A stretch of 50,736 nucleotides of DNA, filler included, from Bipalium vagum (lineage: Eukaryota): assembly GCA_037834085.1 (NCBI GenBank). It is 3 parts of 3 records of this genome, joined end to end, with 100 filler letters (N's around TTAATTAATTAA, not from the genome) between each part and the next. Parts side by side here need not be neighbours in the genome. Positions count along the whole stretch, not along the records: positions 34,267 to 50,736 come from JBBMKC010109930.1; 2 more parts are not named here. One strand, given 5' to 3'. The stretch's first letter is position 1, and each line of letters starts with the position of its first letter. Below are positions 47,223 through 50,736 of the stretch, piece by piece. Under the pieces are notes generated by a model, which saw only the letters and a list, made by a program, of their open reading frames with translations, was not told the DNA's origin and made no database searches. The translations under genes and the position numbers were made by a program.

Positions 47223-49176
47223 TGTGCATTTGATATTTTCGTGATCATTTTAAACCAATAATGTATTTAATTAAAATTTTTCTGTAAAAACATTATCCTT
47301 TTTAATTATACGGAATGATAATGTTAATTAATCTCTTTCGTACAATTTGATCAGGCTTGATTATTTTATTATTTTAATCAGATTAAATTAAATGAAAAGA
47401 GAATATTATTAATTTTCGTCACGTTTCTAAAAATAGTTTATTGCTCAATTAATACAAAATTTTATTTAATAAACATAATGAATAATAATTTAATATTTAC
47501 TTTAATTTAATAAACACCACCACTACTCTGTCTAAAATTTGCTAAAATTTCTGAATGGTATTAATCTCCATTGTATTTAACAAACGAAAACTGAAAATAA
47601 ATTTCGAAATTTTAATAAACCGAAATGCAGTATACTGTGCACCATGTTACGGTTTGTTTAAATATACTCAATTAGTTGCACGGTATTTTTAAATTATAAA
47701 TTTTAACTTGTAATCGTAGGAAAATTCGTTGTATTTAATCAGAAAAATAATGAAATGAACAAAATTACAATAATTCATGGTATTCCATCAGTTAAATTAA
47801 AAAATATTATTTCTGATAGTTATTATTTCAATTTTGGGTTCAAATTCAAATAACATTTATTGAAGAAACGTATGAAAAAAATTGTTGGCTCAACTCTTAT
47901 CTAGCTCACTTGACCTACGATGAGGTTGCTGTGGGCCTATTTAAAGAGCTCGTTATCTCGCCCTCTAACAAAAACACTGGAACGAACACTCTAAAACTTT
48001 ATTAAAACAAATGAGGGTAAGACCCTTTTTAGTTTCAACAATCTAACTGCAACAGGCAGTCACTCTCAAACAAACTACACACTCGACTGTCACACTAAAT
48101 CAACAAACTTCTCAAGCAGTCTCAACAAAAACACTCTAATTAAAAAACTGTCCCACGGAAAACCTTGGTCAGCAAAATAAAATTACCAATAAAAACCATA
48201 CCTTTTTTGTTAGGCAATTTTCTGGGCTAAAAATAATGTATTTTCGCTGGCTTATATACTATTTTACTGTTCGTTTTAGCGTTTTTGATTTAATTGTTAA
48301 TTTCTAAATTTAATTATTACTAAAAATAAAATAAATTGCTAAAAAATATAACTTATGAATTTTAGAGAGACATGGTACTGATTAAAAATCAGTAGTCGCT
48401 CCTAAAACAATATTTAAAATTTATTTCATTAATTTTAAATTAGCCAGCGTATTATTTAAAGTTTTTTTTCCCAGAATTTTATTTACAGAACTTATAAGAT
48501 AGGAGTTGAACCTCAACAAAATGTTCTGTAAATGAAAGAGAAATTAAAAATTCGATTCAGAACGTAGATTTTTAATCTTTCCAGTTTTCCCCAGCTATAT
48601 TTGATTCAGAAGTCGGACTCATGTGCCTTGATTGCAGAAAATCAAAAAATAATTTAATGGTCTTAAATACCATCAACTAATAACGAAGAAAATTGGAAAA
48701 TTTGATGAAAGTGATTATTTGATAGTTATACTTCTCCCAGTTTTTAAAAATTTTTAAAACAAAATTATGTGTGATTTTTATTATTTGATTATTCGGCTCA
48801 ATTTTATTTCGAGTTTTTTTAAAATAAGTTCCAATAATTTTTCTTAAGTTTTTTATGATAACAATTTTTCATAATCCATTTTTTAGACAAATTTTTCCAT
48901 TTAGAAATTTTGACTGAAATTCAGGAAGATGGTGAACGTCGGCTAATAAAAAAATACCATCTGAGCTTATTATTTTTAAAAATTTATTATCTCGGCTAAA
49001 TGGTCTTAGTTCTTTTAAGGTTTGCTTTTGCCTCTATTAAAAGAACTGTTTTTTCCTAGTAGACCATTAACTATATTTTTTAATAATTTTTAAAAATATT
49101 TTAAAAAGTTAAGTTTTTCTTAAAAATACAATTCTAAAAAAATTGAAAAAATATTAAAAAATTATAAAATAATTTA

Positions 49177-50360
49177 ATGTCTAATTTTCTTTTAAAAACT
49201 AGAAATCCGAATATGAAAACAAGTTATTGTGATATATGTCGAAAAGATTGTAGAGCACTTACAGATTTATTTCTTTTAAAAAATGGAAAACCAATAAAAT
49301 CAAAAACCTCAGAAAAACACTTAAACAATTTATTAGAAAAAGAATATTTCAAAACAAATGAAAAATTTTCACAAAATAAATATTATGAAATATTTATAAA
49401 TACTTCAAATTATAACATTCAACAAAATGATTTATTTCAATAAAAAATGATTTAGAATTCTTAATAAATGTTATTACAAAAATTGAATATAAAATGAGTA
49501 AGAAAGAAAAGACAATGATTTTATATATTTTAATAACTACGAAACATTTTAAATTTTTAAATTTTATGAAAAGAAATCACTAAAATTTATAAATTAATAA
49601 TTTTTTATTAATTAATGGAAATATGAAAGGGGAATTCAAGAAGATTTAACAATTTTTCATAAACCACCTATCAATAAATTAGTAAATGTGAAAAAAATAA
49701 AGAAAAAGAAAAAGTTGAAAAAATTAATAAATAAAATTAAAGAAATAAAAAGAACTAATTTTATTATTATTGTATTGGTTAATAATGATTTTATTATATA
49801 TGATATAGAAGAAAAGAAATTGAAGTTACAGATGTTAGTTGTGGCTTAATGGCTAATTGCGCCCAAAGTCCAACCCCAACAAATTTGCTTTTTATTTTTT
49901 TAAAATTCGAATAACGAATATCGAATAAGCCCAATTTGGTTTTCATTTTTTTACCAAATTTATGTGTACCCTATGTTGAATACCAAATACGGCATTACCA
50001 CAATATCGAATTGCGAAAATGGAATTTGGAATATTCACGCAATTACTCATTCCCCCAATAATTATATTTTTTTAAATTTGAAATTTTAATTGATTATTGA
50101 TTTTTCATTATTGCTTTTGCATTTTGTCAATTTTTTTTCTTTTTTTCAATTTTTTGATTTTTTTAATTTTTCATGATTTTTTATATATTATCAATTTCAT
50201 GAATTTTTCAGTTTATTAACTTTTTATTTTTTTGATATACTAAATATGTTATTATTATAAAAATGATTGAAATCAGAGAGGATTTATTTTGTATTGAATG
50301 TAATAAAAATTTTAAAAACTAAAACATCATTTATTTCTCATTTAAAATCTAAAAATAATA
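49177..50360 (+). pseudogene. Degenerate C2H2 (jaz/matrin-like) zinc-finger remnants, likely repeat-derived
   Basis: YCDIC...SEKHLNN in ORF 49177-49443, and DLFCIECNKNF..(frameshift)..SFISHLKSK at about 50281-50353, in extremely AT-rich sequence. Confidence 0.3.
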
Positions 50361-50666
50361 AAGAAACTTTATAATAAAATAGATAATAATATTTTAAAAG
50401 TGAGTACAGACAGATAGCACAATCACTAGAATATGATAAGACTCGAATTCATTTGAATTGAAATGGCATGGAGTGTTTATTATGATAATAATGTTAATGT
50501 GGAGACTCAAAATGAATTAATAATTGTGACAAATCTGATTTTAATTGTGACAAATTTAATTTGTGATTTCATTTTAATAAAAATAATAAAAGCATTTTTG
50601 TGTGAATTTGTATTATGTAAAAATGAGAAATTCTAAAATATAAAAAATAAAAACTAACAATTATCA

Positions 50667-50667
<1 letters not shown>

Positions 50668-50736
<69 letters not shown>
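50668..50736. repeat. (TTA)n microsatellite
   Basis: Perfect repeat to the end of the window. Confidence 0.95.

Overview
Very AT-rich animal genomic DNA, probably lophotrochozoan (flatworm-like; inferred from the type of glutamate-gated chloride channel and the 40-60 nt introns). It is heavily littered with decayed Tc1/mariner elements and one Ty3/Gypsy remnant. Hand splicing resolves the ORF fragments at 3825-9620 into one intact 26-exon gene for a secreted ~1493-aa protein of 12 tandem C-type lectin domains. That gene is built from a repeating two-exon module (116 nt + 253 nt), carries mixed QPN/QPD/EPN/EPS sugar motifs, and shows a recent 956-bp duplication and chimeric exons. Other genes: an intronless SLC18 (VAChT/VMAT-like) transporter that has lost the family's conserved membrane acidic residues, the 5' half of a KDEL receptor, a Gadkin/AP1AR-like gene, an intronless Cys-loop chloride channel (lophotrochozoan GluCl type), and a candidate 3-exon 92-aa secreted orphan on the minus strand. 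Two 100-bp N/TTAATTAATTAA/N spacers are artificial joins, so adjacency across them is not reliable. All alignments were done by eye from remembered family motifs; no searches were run.
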